DNA of 43,996 bases from Octopus bimaculoides (GCF_001194135.2 NC_068992.1:22446242-22490237); one strand, 5' to 3'; positions 1 through 13,484 are shown, numbered from the stretch's first letter. Numbers and translations are program-made. Notes: generated from the letters alone by a model not told the origin.

Positions 1-593
1 ATATATATACTTATATGTGGGGGAGGGGGTGATTGTGTGTGTGCGTGTGTGTATGTATGTAGCATTTCACCATCACATGCAATTTATAATAAATATATTT
101 CATTATGAAAAAAATTTAATGCTGTGTGTGTGGTTTCAATGGTTAGTCGTTTTTGCCGCATAGAAAATTCTATGATCATATATGTAGAACATATATGTTC
201 TACAGAGAATTACCGATTCTATATGTCTTGAGATAACGTCTCTTATGGGGTTGTTTTGCTAAAAACGATAAATATCGGAAGGAGACAGTATCTTAATTTC
301 ATATTGCCAGTATTTCGTATAACTGCTGCCTCTCTTCAGCAAGAAAGGTATTCGCAACATCAGCGAATTTTATTCACTGTTTCATAATTAGAAGCGAAGA
401 ATCCTCGTTCAAGTATGCCGTTGGTTGCTTCGACATATCATAGTGGTGGGCTATAAAGCCACTGATCGCTGTTGGGGGTATACTTCATCTACCTCTGATA
501 AGAAAGATCTTAACGCTTGATAAATCCCGCTTTAACTGGTCTGTCACATGTGTATATACATTAAGCATGCATAGTACATTGACAGCTATCATA

Positions 594-689
<96 letters not shown>

Positions 690-742
690 NNNNNNNNNNC
701 TCTCTCTCTCTCTATCTAGACACACACACACATACAAACACA

Positions 743-789
<47 letters not shown>

Positions 790-790
790 A
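594..790. repeat. Compound microsatellite (TCTG)n-(TC)n-(CA)n-(TA)n spanning a 10-N gap (690-699)
   Basis: Directly visible tandem units. Confidence 0.97.
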
Positions 791-808
791 TACATAGATG
801 TATGTATA

Positions 809-918
809 CAGTAGTACCTCGGTTTTCGGATACCTCTGATGACGAATAAATCGTGCTTTATATATATATAGCACGATTTATTTGTGATCAGAGATATTCG
901 AAAACCGAGGTCCTACTG
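809..918. mobile_element. Palindromic MITE, pogo/Tigger-like (Tc1/mariner superfamily)
   Basis: Arms 809-857 and 870-918 are reverse complements at 44/49 positions. Ends are CAGTAG...CTACTG with TA on the left (807-808) and TG on the right (919-920). TA-CAG termini resemble Tigger/MER2-type TIRs. Confidence 0.6.
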
Positions 919-934
919 TGTTAGAAAATAGTAA

Positions 935-1252
935 AGGCCCTTTCCGTCACGAATGACCATTATATTCCATCTAGAAAGTTCCCCCTCCGAGGAGCAAGCC
1001 CGAGCAAGGTTGTTTGTGGAAGACTAGCAGTCGCCTATATACCAGCCTGCCCTCTGCACACTGCCGATATTGTCCAAGAGAAAAGCAAAGGCTGATACAG
1101 CTTGGCACCTGCGACGTCGCAACTAATTTCTACAGATGAGCGAACTAGAGCAACGTGAAATAGAATGTCTTCCTCAAGAACACAATACACAGCCAGGTCC
1201 GGAAACCCAACCTACAACCTCACGATTGCAAACCTGATGGTCTAACCACTAT
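935..1252 (-). mobile_element. tRNA-derived SINE (family D here), diverged
   Basis: Minus strand reads AGTGGTTAG (A-box-like)...GGTTGGGTTTCCGG (degenerate B box), then GTGTTCTTGAGGAAGACATT. The head is shared with the copy at 26527. Confidence 0.7.
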
Positions 1253-1834
1253 GTCATATATACGTATACCGTTCGAGATGGATTTAAAATCACAGATATA
1301 CCACCTGTGGAATCTCTCCTCAATGGAACATTTCTTCCCGCACACTTTCATTTCGGGAGTACCGTTTACATAGGAAGCCAGATCAAACGGATGCCGCTGA
1401 AAACAAATCGTATCCTACTGAAAAAGACATTACTAACATATTTCTCTGACAAGTAAGTTCAAGAGGTTTTCCTCTCTTTGGACATGTTTGAAAGGGTTGA
1501 AAATAGAACTGCCGTTTTTTGGCCATATCCTTATAAAATGAGGGATAACAAAGTCGATATTGCTGAGAATTAAGCAAAGATTGTCTAGATATGTAACTAT
1601 ATACTGATTTGTTAACAGAGTAATAATTAGGAGACAGATAAAACTTGATATAGCGTAAAATTATTCTGCTAAAATTCAACCATACCGTAGAATTGAAGGT
1701 CAGTATTTGTATATCATCTTTGAAAGATTAAACTGAGGTATGAAACAAATGGAAGAATGATAGTGGTAGTATGAGATACACACAACAACATCAACAAGAA
1801 CAATAATGACAACAGTAGCAACAGCAACAAAAGT

Positions 1835-2102
1835 AATAATCTTTTCTACCAAAGGTACAAGGCCTGAAATTTTTGGGGAAAGGGGCGTGTCGATTATATC
1901 GACCCCCGTACGTAGCTGGTACTGATTTCGACCCTCACTGAAGGGATGAATTGCAAAGTCGACCAAGGCCTAATTTGAACTGAGAACATAAAGACGGACG
2001 AAATACCGTTAAGTATTCTGTGGGAGGGGGATAGTCGATTAAATTCACCACAGTATACGATTGGCACTTACTTCATCAAACCCGAAAGAATGAGAGACAA
2101 GG
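1835..2102 (-). mobile_element. Two partial copies of SINE family A (1835-2020; 2021-2102)
   Basis: Match to the intact copies at 28396 and 31698 (TTTGAACTGAGAAC..AAAGACGGACGAAATACCG). Confidence 0.85.
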
Positions 2103-2275
2103 AAGTAAATAAACAACGAAGACGTTAATAACATCAAAAATATATATGGCGGTAACAATAACACAAATATACACAGATCAGATCTTTGATCACCTACTTT
2201 TCATAGCAAAATTTGCTCTCAAGAGAAAACTCGTAAAAAATATAAAATATATTAATTATATTGAATATAGTAAAA

Positions 2276-2780
2276 GGTGGCGAGCTAGCAGAATGTTTTC
2301 TACTCTAGGCAAAGGGCCCGACATTTTTGGGGAGGGGGCCAGTCGATTGGATTGACCGCAGTACGCAACTGGTACTTAATTTAGAGACCACGAAAGGTTG
2401 AAAGGTAAAATTGACCTCGGCGGAATTTGAACTCAGAAAGTAAAGACAGACGAAATACCGCTAAGCATTTCGAGCCCAGTGCGTAACTGGTACTTAATTT
2501 ATCGACTCCGGTGGAATTTGAACTCAGAACGTAAAGACAGACGAAATACTGCTAAGCATTTCGCGCGGCATGCTAACGTTTCTGCAAGCTCGCCGGTAGA
2601 ATGCTTAGCGGCATTTCGTTTGTCTTCATGTTCTGAGTTCAAATTCCGCCGAGGTCGACTTGCCTTTCATCCTTTCGGGGTCGATAAATTAACTACCAGT
2701 TGCGTACTGGAGTCGATCTAATCGGCTGGCCCCCACCCCAAAAATTTCGAGCCTTGTGCTTAAAGTAGAAAAGAATATTA
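2276..2780 (+). mobile_element. SINE family A, interrupted by an antisense family-A insertion
   Basis: Head GGTGGCGAGCTAGCAGAATG (2276-2295) resumes as GTAGAATGCTTAGCGG at 2596 and runs to the tail GTAGAAAAGAATATT. Confidence 0.85.
2296..2595 (-). mobile_element. SINE family A, internally duplicated, nested in the + copy
   Basis: The TACTTAATTT...GAACTCAGAA..GACAGACGAAATAC block occurs twice. Flanked by GCAGAATG (2288-2295) and GTAGAATG (2596-2603). Confidence 0.85.
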
Positions 2781-2794
2781 CTAAAAGTATTTAA

Positions 2795-2986
2795 GGCGGT
2801 GAGCTGGTAGAATGCTTAGCAACATTTTGTCTGTCTTTTCTTTCTAAGTTCAAATTCCACCGAGGTCAACCTTACCTTTCCTTCTTTGAAGGTCGATAAA
2901 ATAAGTACTATTTGAGTACTGGGTCGATGTAATTGACTTACTCCTCTTCTGAAATTCCTGGCCTTGTGCTAAAATTTGGAATCATT
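2795..2986 (+). mobile_element. SINE family A, diverged
   Basis: GGCGGTGAGCTGGTAGAATGCTTAGC head, GTTCAAATTCC B box, family tail. Confidence 0.85.
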
Positions 2987-3237
2987 GCTACTTGATCAGG
3001 TGTATGATAAATCAATTTACGAAACTCCAGCTACCACAGCGACCACCACCACCAGGCCATTACTGTTGTTGCTGCTACCATCACCAATCATTTGAGCTTA
3101 ACCTCTATACGGTCAGTCAGTAAAAGTTTGCTTAAATCAAACCCTAAGAAATGAAGTGACGCATTTAATCAAAGGGAAGCATTAATAAGAGTGATTAGGG
3201 ATTTAACAAGAACAAGAGTATTGAATTTCCTTCTCTG

Positions 3238-3430
3238 TCATCATCACCATCATCATCATTAACGTCCATTTTACATGTATGGGCTGGACTGTTTGACGGG
3301 ATTTGACGTTTCACAGGGCTGCACCGCGCACCAGCGCCCACTTTGGTATGGTTTCTGTGGTTGGACATCTTACCTAACACAAACCAATTTACAGTGTGTA
3401 CTTGGTGCATTTTTTTATGCCATCGGCTCT
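3238..3430 (-). mobile_element. Retroposon 3' end with (GAT)n tail (family B here), diverged
   Basis: CATCATCATTAACGTCC... matches the better copy at 43722. Confidence 0.65.
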
Positions 3431-3814
3431 AGTGATATTGCCAAATAGATTGCCAGAAAAGAGTAAAGGAAAAGGAAAAGGAAAGGGAAAAATCTCGCGT
3501 GACTAATTGGTAGGTGGTGGGTAGGGGTTATATTTGAGAGGCGGTAGGGGTCTTTATGCAAGATGTTGAAATGCTATTGTAATAAGAATAACATAGACAT
3601 AGATGCACTATTAAAAAAAAAACGATATGTGGTCGTAATTGAAATGATTTCATCTGTGCATGCTCGTTCACGTCTAACCTAGAGCTAAATGGAAACAATG
3701 CCAACAGCCAAAAACCCATATTTTCGATAAAAATAACTCAGTACTCTAACTGGGTCATGTGGCTAATAGTAACTATTTCTCATTATCTTTAAATCAAATT
3801 ATTAATCATGTATC

Positions 3815-4138
3815 TTTTATCTTATTCTTTTGCTTGCTTCAGCCACTGGACTGCGGTCATGCTGGGGCATTGCCTTGAAGGGTTTAGTGAAGCAAGTTGA
3901 TTCCAGTACATATTGTTTTCTTTTCAGTCCTGGCCACTTTTGCTGTGGCACCAGTAACGGGGCCGTAAACAAAGACCGGTTATCGAGCGTTGGGTGCCGA
4001 TGGCAAACACAGTCACTCACCCATTAGGTGTTTCTGTACCTTCTCATTTGGATTATTCACCACCACCCCCACACACACACACGCAGACACACACAGACAC
4101 ACACACACACACACACAAACACGCACACACACACACAA

Positions 4139-4169
<31 letters not shown>

Positions 4170-4330
4170 CACAGAGGCACACACAATTATATACGACGGT
4201 CTTCCACGTAATTTCTGTTCATGGATGCGCTCAAAAGGCATCGGCCCGTTGCCCTGGGTGCGATGCAGTGGGTCCGAACTAGCAACCATGTAGATATAAT
4301 GCGAGATTCTTAACCACATGTCCATGCTTA
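3815..4330 (-). mobile_element. tRNA-derived CORE-type SINE (family C here) with internal (CA)n
   Basis: Head (4185-4330), internal (CA)n (4071-4183) and tail (3815-4020) are collinear with the + copy at 18993. Confidence 0.75.
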
Positions 4331-6569
4331 TGCTTATGTATAAGGAATGTCGTTTATCGTCAATCACAATAACAAGAAGAACAGTATGAGAGTAAAGCAT
4401 ATGTGTTCCTAAATACAATATTTTGTTGATTATATCCATTTATAGAAATTTGGCAACAAAAATGTAAAAGTGAAAAAAATATATAACAGAAAGGACAAAA
4501 TTATAAAAACAGCAACAAAGAAACGAAAATCTGAAGAAATTAAAAACAAAAATCGGGATAAAAAAAATTCGGTCTCGCGCGCAAAAGAAAAAAGATATAA
4601 AAGAAATACGAATGTCTGTAGGCAATCATGAAATCCATTAGTCAAACACTGCCAAAGTCACTAACATTAATACGAGTTTATTTCCAAGAGACGACGCGGA
4701 CGAAGAAGGCGATAACAACAAAAATGGTGACAGCAATAACAATGACAACAACAACAACAACAACAGCTGTAATGCGGACGATGATGATGACGACGAAGTC
4801 CAAAGACTTTAATCAGACATTCTATTGCTACTTGTGTCCCCAGACATATTTGGTTTTGGCAAACGTTTGTCTTGCGCTATTTTGGTATTGTTCTTGGCTC
4901 TTTTTGTTATTTATTATTAGTGTACTTTGTTGGTTGTTGTGCCAGCATTACTCAGTCACTTCTCGTAGCAATAGGTTGACTTTGGCATAGCTTCTAAGAA
5001 ATGTTGTCAGTGGTGGTGGTCTTGTTGTGGAATCAGGAACGAAGTGGAGAAAGGTAATGCTTTCAGGTCACAGTGATGGTGGAATACTTATTATTAATGT
5101 TTCATAGGTGTTGCGGCAGACATATGACCCTAGGCGTGCCATATGTGAACATCTCCTATTTTTTCCTTTAGTATAGTGCAAGAAGTTCGACTTAAGTTAG
5201 CCCGTCTTTTCTTCTGATTTTAAATTTTGACGATCTCGATTTTACTCCCTCGATTACCTCATCTCTTTACCCCTCACCAGTCATATCGTAGCGAGCAGTC
5301 ACGCTGAACACTGACTACTTTGACCAATCTTTCCTTCCTGGTCATTTGAAATTCTTCCCCCTCTTCGACGTCTTTTTTCTTACAGTCACCGAATTCGACT
5401 TACTCACGAGAATCACATCGCTTCCATCAATTTACCAATCTCAGAAGGCTTACCTATGTCATTCTCACAATACCTTCCAAATTAAAGGATAGCAAGCTCC
5501 ACCCACCACCGATGTATCTCAAATCTAGTGAACTGAAATGTCCTGACTAAAACAAATGAGCTTGAGATCGAATACTAGCCAGTCGATCCGATAGGCGGGA
5601 CCGTACATCAGTGGTGGTAATAGTGTGAGCAGTGCACTGTACAGCTGTCGAGAGAAAAGTCCCGAAATGGTGTGCATGCTCTCCTGATAACCCCCGACCT
5701 CCGGTATATGGAGCTTTCGATAGATAGCACTTTCCCAAGAAGCTGTTCGTAAGTCTATAAGAAACCCTTCTTAGTACAAGTCATGGCAAAAATGGGATGT
5801 TTTCAACAGCCCCATCTCGGCAGTAATCCACATTGCGCCGCTCTGTAGCTTGTTCGCTAACTGGCTATCTTCGACGTCGTTTGCGTTTTTTACATCAAAA
5901 GATTTCAAGCTAAGACTTGTGTTGTTGGCGCGTGATTCACACCTCTGTGTGAATTTTATTGCTTGATTGAGTCAGTTAAGACATCGTTGCATGTAATTTT
6001 GGACATTGATTACCCCTTGATGCACTTCCTTATTTTCATATTTTGAAACATTTTTTGTTCATTTAACATCAGTGATTTTATGAAATTAAAATATTTTAAG
6101 CAAGCCTAAAGGGAATGTTTCATAGAGTTACATAATCTTTTCATCAAAGCAGGCCAATCTTCACCCCAAATTTTTCAAACCATCATCAAATGCGAATCTC
6201 GTGTATTTTATAAATTTAACGACACAGTGTTGCACAATAAAGATAAAATCGCTATGGCTAGAAATATTGATTAAATATTTTATTAAATCAGCTGTTGTAC
6301 CATTAATCTTCTGAAGCAGAACTGACATTAGTTATACAACAATAATCACAATAACAACAACAGCAACAATAACAACTGCAACATCAGCAACAATAACACA
6401 GCCTAGCAATACATGTTTATGGAAATAAGTAAAGGAACTGATTTATAAATTAAAATAAACCTAAATTATATATTCCGCACGCTACCACACAGAGATAGAG
6501 GTTCCTGCAGCAAACTTCTAAATTTGATCTGAATGAAAACGTTGGTATTTTAAAGCCACTGAAACGTGA

Positions 6570-7231
6570 GAGAGTAGTTGATCTCAATGTCCACGGACTA
6601 GTTATGTTTAACAAAAATAACCTATGTACCTAAGTATTAACACCCTCTCCTTTGAAATAGACACCCTGTGCAGCAATTTGTCGGTCCCAGCGTTCCTCCC
6701 AGTTTGGGAATCCGACTTGGAAGTTGTTTTCCGTAAGCTTGTCGAGGACCTTCTGCGATTCGATTTTGATCTTGATAACGGAGTTAAGAAGGCAACATTC
6801 GAGCTGTATTTTCGTCTTGGATAAGAGATGGAAGTCCGCTGGGGATAAATTTGGCAAATAGGGTGGGTGCGGAGCGATACCATGTTGTTTTGGACTGTTT
6901 TGAATCAAACGTGCCACTCGAAATGTTGCCTTGTCGCTGTAAGCTTGCTGAAGCATAATCAAATATCTCTGTTGCATACGTTCGAAGTTAAACGCAAAAC
7001 CTCACTTTGGCTCTTTATTCCAACTTCATGTCCATGACAAAAATCGTGGACTACTGCATACATGTAATCACAAAAACACAAATTTCAAAATTTGCGAAGT
7101 AAACACAGTTATGTCACACGGCACACTGCCTCAGGAAGGTCACTGCCAGCTCTCTTTCGTCACGCAGTCGCATGCTGCCATTTGTTGGCGCGCTACAGCA
7201 CTAGTCGAGAACGTTTTAATAGCACCGCGTA
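6570..7231 (-). mobile_element. Internally deleted mariner transposon relic
   Basis: From ATG at 7035: MDMKLE*RAKVRFCV*L...MLQQAYSD..FEWH, joined directly to NNMVSL.HPPYLPNLSPADFHLL...WEERWDRQIAAQGVYFKG (YSPDL motif and mariner C-terminus). The WVPHEL and first-aspartate region is missing. The right TIR-like end is at about 7200-7231; the left end is approximate. Confidence 0.85.
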
Positions 7232-8118
7232 AGATGCATTGGATCTTCGCCCCACGAAGTAACGAGCGACTTGAATAGAAATTATTTACCTTAACACTGT
7301 TCTCTCTGTATCAAATCTTAATATATTTATTAAGGCTTACTAAAGTGAGATATTCTGAAAAAAAACTTCGTATGTTAATAAAATACGTTAAAATACGTTA
7401 GTTAACTTAAAATATTTGTCTCATCTCTTGTTGAATGCCAATTCACGAAGATATCAGACTATATTATATTTATTCTAGCAACAAAAATTAGCACAAATAT
7501 TTGTTATTCATTGATAGTTGTCTTTATAATTGCTGATTACGAAGAAATATGAACAGTGTTAGTTTGTCAACAGAAATTATAAGAAGAAAGAGAAGCTGCA
7601 AATATGACCGTTGCTAACATTTATCATCTCATCTTGTCATAACTAGTTTCGACCAGGAACAATTTTACAGTTAAATAGTATAAAGTAATTATTGGTGAGA
7701 AAAATCAATGTATACGAAGAGGGGTGGACTTTTGATCAGGTTATTATAAATTTTAGACATCGTAATTAGAAAGAAATATATATTTTTATCTTCAATTAAA
7801 GCATTTACGTTATTATGTCCTCGCAAATTTTCTTTTATCTTTTGTGATCGTGCTTAATTGTACGAGTAGCATCGAAATTATATTTTCAGAATAATTGACT
7901 TTAAAATATTGTACTTCATCTATTTTAGTTTCTTGTGGTGGGTGGGTGTAAATTCTCCAACCACCATGCAAGCAAACAAACTTATCTCCACACCTACGCC
8001 TGCAGATATTATTATCCCAATAATACATTTTCTAACTTGTATACTTTTTCCCCATTACGTCTCTAAGCAAAACAAAAATTTCAATCAGATTTCTCGAAAC
8101 AATATATTGACATATTGG

Positions 8119-8328
8119 GTACAAATTTTGGCAAGAAGGCCAGCAGTTTTAGGGGAGGCGTAAGTCGACTTCTTCGACCCCCAGTGTTCAAGTGGTACTT
8201 ATTTTATCGACCCCGAGAGGATGAAAGGCAAAGCCAATCTGGGCAGAATTTTGACTCAGAATGTGACGACGGTCGAAATACCACTAAGCGTTTTGCCCGG
8301 CGTGGTAACGATCCTGCCGGCTCGCAGT
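8119..8328 (-). mobile_element. SINE family A, near full length
   Basis: Collinear with the other copies from tail to head. Confidence 0.85.
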
Positions 8329-8715
8329 CTTAATTCCCGAGAAAATATATTGATATACTGAGGTTCGAATCTGTCTACAGCGCCCTAAAAGGGAATTATT
8401 AATGATCGAGAGTCAAGATTCATGTTCTGGATACTGGAAGAGAGCCGGTAAAATATCTTCATAATTGAAACAATATAATTGCTGTATATGGCAAAATCCA
8501 ATCCTAAATATTAGTTATTAACCGTTCAGAAATAGTGCAAAATATTGGAATAAGAAAGAGTTTACAAGTTTATTATTAGTTGTCTACCTTGACTGTCTAT
8601 TTTATTTCTGTCGCACAATATTTTGAAGCACATTGATTAAATTCCGCTATTCCAAAGAATAAATAGTATTTTTTAGAAAATTTTTTAATTAATTTTACCT
8701 TCACAAATTTTATGC

Positions 8716-8767
<52 letters not shown>

Positions 8768-8846
8768 GACACACACACACACATACACACACACACACAT
8801 ACACCCAAATAAACATGCACGCACACACACACACACACACACATGC
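8716..8846. repeat. (CTAT)n + (CA)n microsatellite
   Basis: Directly visible. Confidence 0.97.
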
Positions 8847-10084
8847 TCGTATATACATATAAACAAAAATATACATATAGAAAGTAAAGAAATACAACAA
8901 ATTCAAAAAAGTTAATTAGAAAGAGTTTAAGAATCTGGCATGACAAACATCATGCTACAAATGCGAAGAAAATATATTGAAACAAATACAACAGATATTA
9001 ACAAAAACAAACATATTTAAAGAAACTCATGAGGTAATGAATTCTGTAGACTTTAATAAAAATGAAGATTACAACCAAAATAAAGGAAAACAATTCTATG
9101 TACATAATTGAATTTTCCAAAGCTTGTAGCTATCTACGTATGTCTAGGATGTTTCTCAACAGTTCATGAATTCGACACCTGCAATAATTTTCTCTCATTC
9201 AAACATCAATGAATTTTCCATTTATGTTGCTTTTGTTTGTTTTTACACGCAATTCGTATCATGCCAGATAGACTAACAAAATGGAACTACAAACATTTAA
9301 ATCAGCAGTTGACAGCAGATTCTGTAGTGTGTCAGATGAAAATACCTTGCAGTTTTTAGTAATGTTCTCTTACCTATATATGTATATTTATATTTATATA
9401 TATTCTGTTTGTCTTTCATTCTTTTCAAGTCAATAAATAAGTACCAGTCAAGTATTCGTGTTGTTCCGAATCGATTGTTCCCATCCGCAAAATGTGTGGC
9501 ATTTGACTATGTATATTAGAAATCAATATTGAAAACAGGTAAACAGCTATCTATATAGCCGGCTAGAAAATCCGATAAGTTGACATCCATACATGCAATA
9601 CCATCGGCACAGCTGAGATCAATGCAAATGCACAGTTGCCTGATACTCATACACAAAGTGGTGTAGGGACATTGTGACACTACTGGCATACATACAGAAT
9701 TTCATGACTTCATATATGTGCGCAAACACATTTATCAGTGACTACCTACGCAGTTAGAAGCATTTGTGTAGGTGCGTATGTAGGGTTATATGTGTGTATA
9801 TACTTACTTGGATATGCGCGTGTGTGCAAGAGTGTGAAATACACTATGCATACGAAATACGCATATCTGCAAAAAGCTTAGTACACATATGTGTAGAAGC
9901 AAAAAAACATGCTTATGTCAGTTAGGTTCTTTCATATGTGATACAGTAATATAGTAATACTATATATAATATAGTAAGTAATATATGTAATTTACTTGGT
10001 TGAAAAAGTAGTTCGAGTGAGAGTATGGAAGCAAAGAGTAGACAAAACGTACCTTTAAGTGTACTTAAAGTAACAATAACGAGT

Positions 10085-10326
10085 GTTATCACAATCGGTG
10101 GGTGCATGATCGGTAAGCTGATATATGCAGACGATATGGCATGGTTTTGCTCACCAGAAAGGAATCAACAGCATGCAGTGGTCAGGCTCATTACTGTGTA
10201 CTGCAAAGCGGTAAGAATTACTGTTTCAAAGACTGAAACATTGGTCCTCTCAAAAAATTCGTACCACACATATATATACATGCATCTCTTCCTCTCTATC
10301 TCTCTGTATATATAAATGAATACATA

Positions 10327-10387
<61 letters not shown>

Positions 10388-10540
10388 GAGTGTACGTTTA
10401 TCGTTGATGTTATTGATGCGTCTGTAGACATGCCAAATCTTCCAGACATAATGTATCTAGGATTACCTTCAATGTCTTACCTGTGTTTTAGGCTGGTATA
10501 ATGCGATTGGAAGGAGATATCAGGTCACACAAAAGTACAA
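10085..10540 (+). mobile_element. RTE-clade LINE reverse-transcriptase remnant split by a microsatellite
   Basis: ITIGGCMIGKLIYADD (YADD at 10124-10135)...ITVSKTETLVLSK (to 10255). After the (TA/CA)n block at about 10270-10387 come a frameshifted YLG(I)TFN (10454-10473) and RLEGDIRS. This is the order of RT subdomains 5-7. Confidence 0.75.
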
Positions 10541-10655
10541 TAGTTTGTATAACTAGAGGAGCACTATTAGTTTTACTAAATCTTCGATAGATAAGAAAGA
10601 GAAAGTGAGAGAGCGATAGAGAAAAGGAAAGGGCAGAAGGAGAGAAAGAGGATAA

Positions 10656-10741
<86 letters not shown>
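10656..10741. repeat. (GA)n microsatellite
   Basis: Directly visible. Confidence 0.97.
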
Positions 10742-10746
<5 letters not shown>

Positions 10747-11302
10747 TTGGGAGAGGAGCAGAGGCAGGTGTAGTTTAGAATTTTCTAGATGTTATAATTT
10801 GTGAGAGACTTTGTTTATTATATTATGAATTTTAGTGTCAGGCTGTCGTCATTCGCTATTTGTTAGATGTTGCGGAAATTAGCACTATTGAGTTTTTACT
10901 TCTTTCTGCGAATACAATAAACTAATTACACGACTGCAATATTAATTACTCACAAAGTTAGTACTTATTTAATTTATGATTGGTGAGCATCAGAAAGAAA
11001 ACAAAGAAAATTTTTGGCTGTGCTTTGACCAAACATATTTAATTCTATCCGTTTCACTTTTTCTTCTCTCTGTCCCTCTCTTTCTATCCCTGTCGGCAAT
11101 GACCAAACAATTTAATACTGTAGCCTTTTGATGCCTATCTCTCCAAGCTGCTAGCAAATATTTGGCAATTTTCCTGTCCATCAAATGTACTCACAGAATA
11201 CTGGCAGAATTTAACAGGAAGGGGTTGAAGGCGGTAGGAAGGTGATGATGTCCCCCAAAAAGCCATCGGATTCTGAGTTGTAGATTAAAAACACGATATT
11301 CC

Positions 11303-11350
<48 letters not shown>

Positions 11351-11712
11351 TGGGGTTAGTCTATGTATGTATATGCACTTATTGATAAATGTATATTACT
11401 TTTTCCATTCATATATTAAGCATGACGGATTATCTTATGATAGACATACCCTGATTCTGAGAATTTCGAGACCTTCCCTATATTTAATATATATAAGAAT
11501 CTAATGCTTTTCAACACCGTGCACTACATATATAAAGACAGCAATGTTACATTACAACCAATTAAATCATACAAGAGAAGAACATTAGATTACTACACCA
11601 TTCTTAATTTCTACAGAGTGTAGGTACTAATATTACTGTTGATCACTGATAGTAACAGCACATCCCACGCACTGACAAATGTGAAGCCTCGTAATGAATT
11701 TTTCTGTTGAAA

Positions 11713-11805
11713 CCCTGGGCGGAATTTGAACTCAGTACGTGACGACGGACGAAATGCCGGTAAGTATTTTGCTCGGCGTGCTTACAATTCTGCCATCTCA
11801 CAGCC
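11713..11805 (-). mobile_element. SINE family A, head-only fragment
   Basis: GGCGGAATTTGAACTCAG...GACGAAATGCCGG matches the family. Confidence 0.8.
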
Positions 11806-12672
11806 CTGCGTTCTTATTTCATTGTTACTTGTCATGGGTAAGATTATCTGATATTTGAATATCGTTCAGGTAGGTTTCCCTAAACGTGATATATCTATTA
11901 AGAATAATGATGCCTTTATTACAATTGTTTACTCTATTCGCTCATATATAAACACAACCTATTAGGTTGTTGAGAATTTGAAGCAAGCAGGCTTCAGGTT
12001 GTTATAGAGGAGAACAGCATTGTTTGTATTTTCAAACCTTATTGTTACAGATATTGTTTGTAGCAGTAAGGTTTGAACTTATGACCAACATCTCTTATCA
12101 ACAAAAAGATAAAAGTAATCTATATAAAATGAGAACAATGCTATCTCCTTATTTAGCAGATTAATATAGATGAAACAACAGTAAAACACAAAATAATGAA
12201 TAGAATTTTAGAAGCGAGTACAACTTCAACATATATATAAAAAGAAGAAAACTGCAGTCATCATAGATATAAGAACATTCACAGGTGAATCAGTGTTGGT
12301 CTGAATTGAAAAATAGATTATATATATATATTTACAACAATAATTATATATTATGATGAATTAATATTACACAATACATGGACAATACAATTATTACAAT
12401 TCGTTAACAATGCAAACCATCATTGTATTATATTGTAATCATTGATATTCACTTCAATTTGGCGAATCTGTGAGTAGAATTCATTGAAAAGAATTCGTAC
12501 AACAAACGACGATGACAATTTAAAATTTATTAAAAAATATGGCCAAATAATTTCAATGTATTTTTGTATATTAATAAGTGACGTTTTCAACAAAAGTAGA
12601 AGCGTTTTTAATGATATATATTTAAGGGACAACCAAACAATTATGTCTTTCAATTCTCTCGCAGCTCATAAT

Positions 12673-12746
<74 letters not shown>

Positions 12747-12783
12747 ACCCACACACACACACACACACATACATACACACACA
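12673..12783. repeat. (CA)n microsatellite
   Basis: Directly visible. Confidence 0.97.
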
Positions 12784-13448
12784 AACAAAGAAAAAAACAC
12801 TAAAATAGTTTTGAATAACAATAACAAAATTGCTTTCGATTTTGGTACTATATTTTATGTTATCATTTTACTTCCTAAAATAACTTCGTCTAACAGACAT
12901 TTGGAAAGTATGATCCATTCATAAAACTTATCCCGTCAGTAGCCCATATCGTTCGGTTTCAGATCTGGATACCATATTATCATAAATACAATGGGATATG
13001 TGTGATGCATTAAATACTTTTGAAAACACTCTATGATGATCTGTACAGGCAATAATGCGAATATCTGGTCTTTCCAATTGATTTATGATGTTCTGTATAT
13101 ATACGAAAATCAAACACACTACACATTTTCAAAAAGAAGCAGTATTGATGTTAAAGCTCTTTTAAATGTAATTTATACATACATACGAAACAAACAACGA
13201 AGCAACTCAATGTGTTATTTTTTTGTGCAACAGGATATTCTATGATCAAATAGTATTATAAGCATATTTATAAACCACCAAGTTTATGTGAGGTGGTAAA
13301 GGGGACAGTTATAAACGGAAGGAAAACAGGGAGTTGAGTCGGAAAATAATAGCAAAGAGCAAATAGATGAATTTTATTAGCGTTCTATGAAGACGTATAT
13401 AATGTTTCATGTCATGGAAAGTCAATAGAAGATTACAGATAAATAGCT

Positions 13449-13484
<36 letters not shown>

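Noticed and set aside
295-345. Minus-strand CTGAAGA...GAAATACTGG resembling a hammerhead
   Set aside because: No helix II, C15.2 and U16.1 are missing, and helix I is only 3 bp.
1374-1452. Plus-strand TAG...GTAAGT-bounded 79-nt open segment (VYIGSQ looks GIY-YIG-like)
   Set aside because: No further motif, and it overlaps the equally weak minus-strand candidate; cannot be supported.
12006-12150. Imperfect inverted 17-mer AGGAGAACAGCATTGTT / AACAATGCTATCTCCT
   Set aside because: Short arms with a long unpaired spacer; no further structure.
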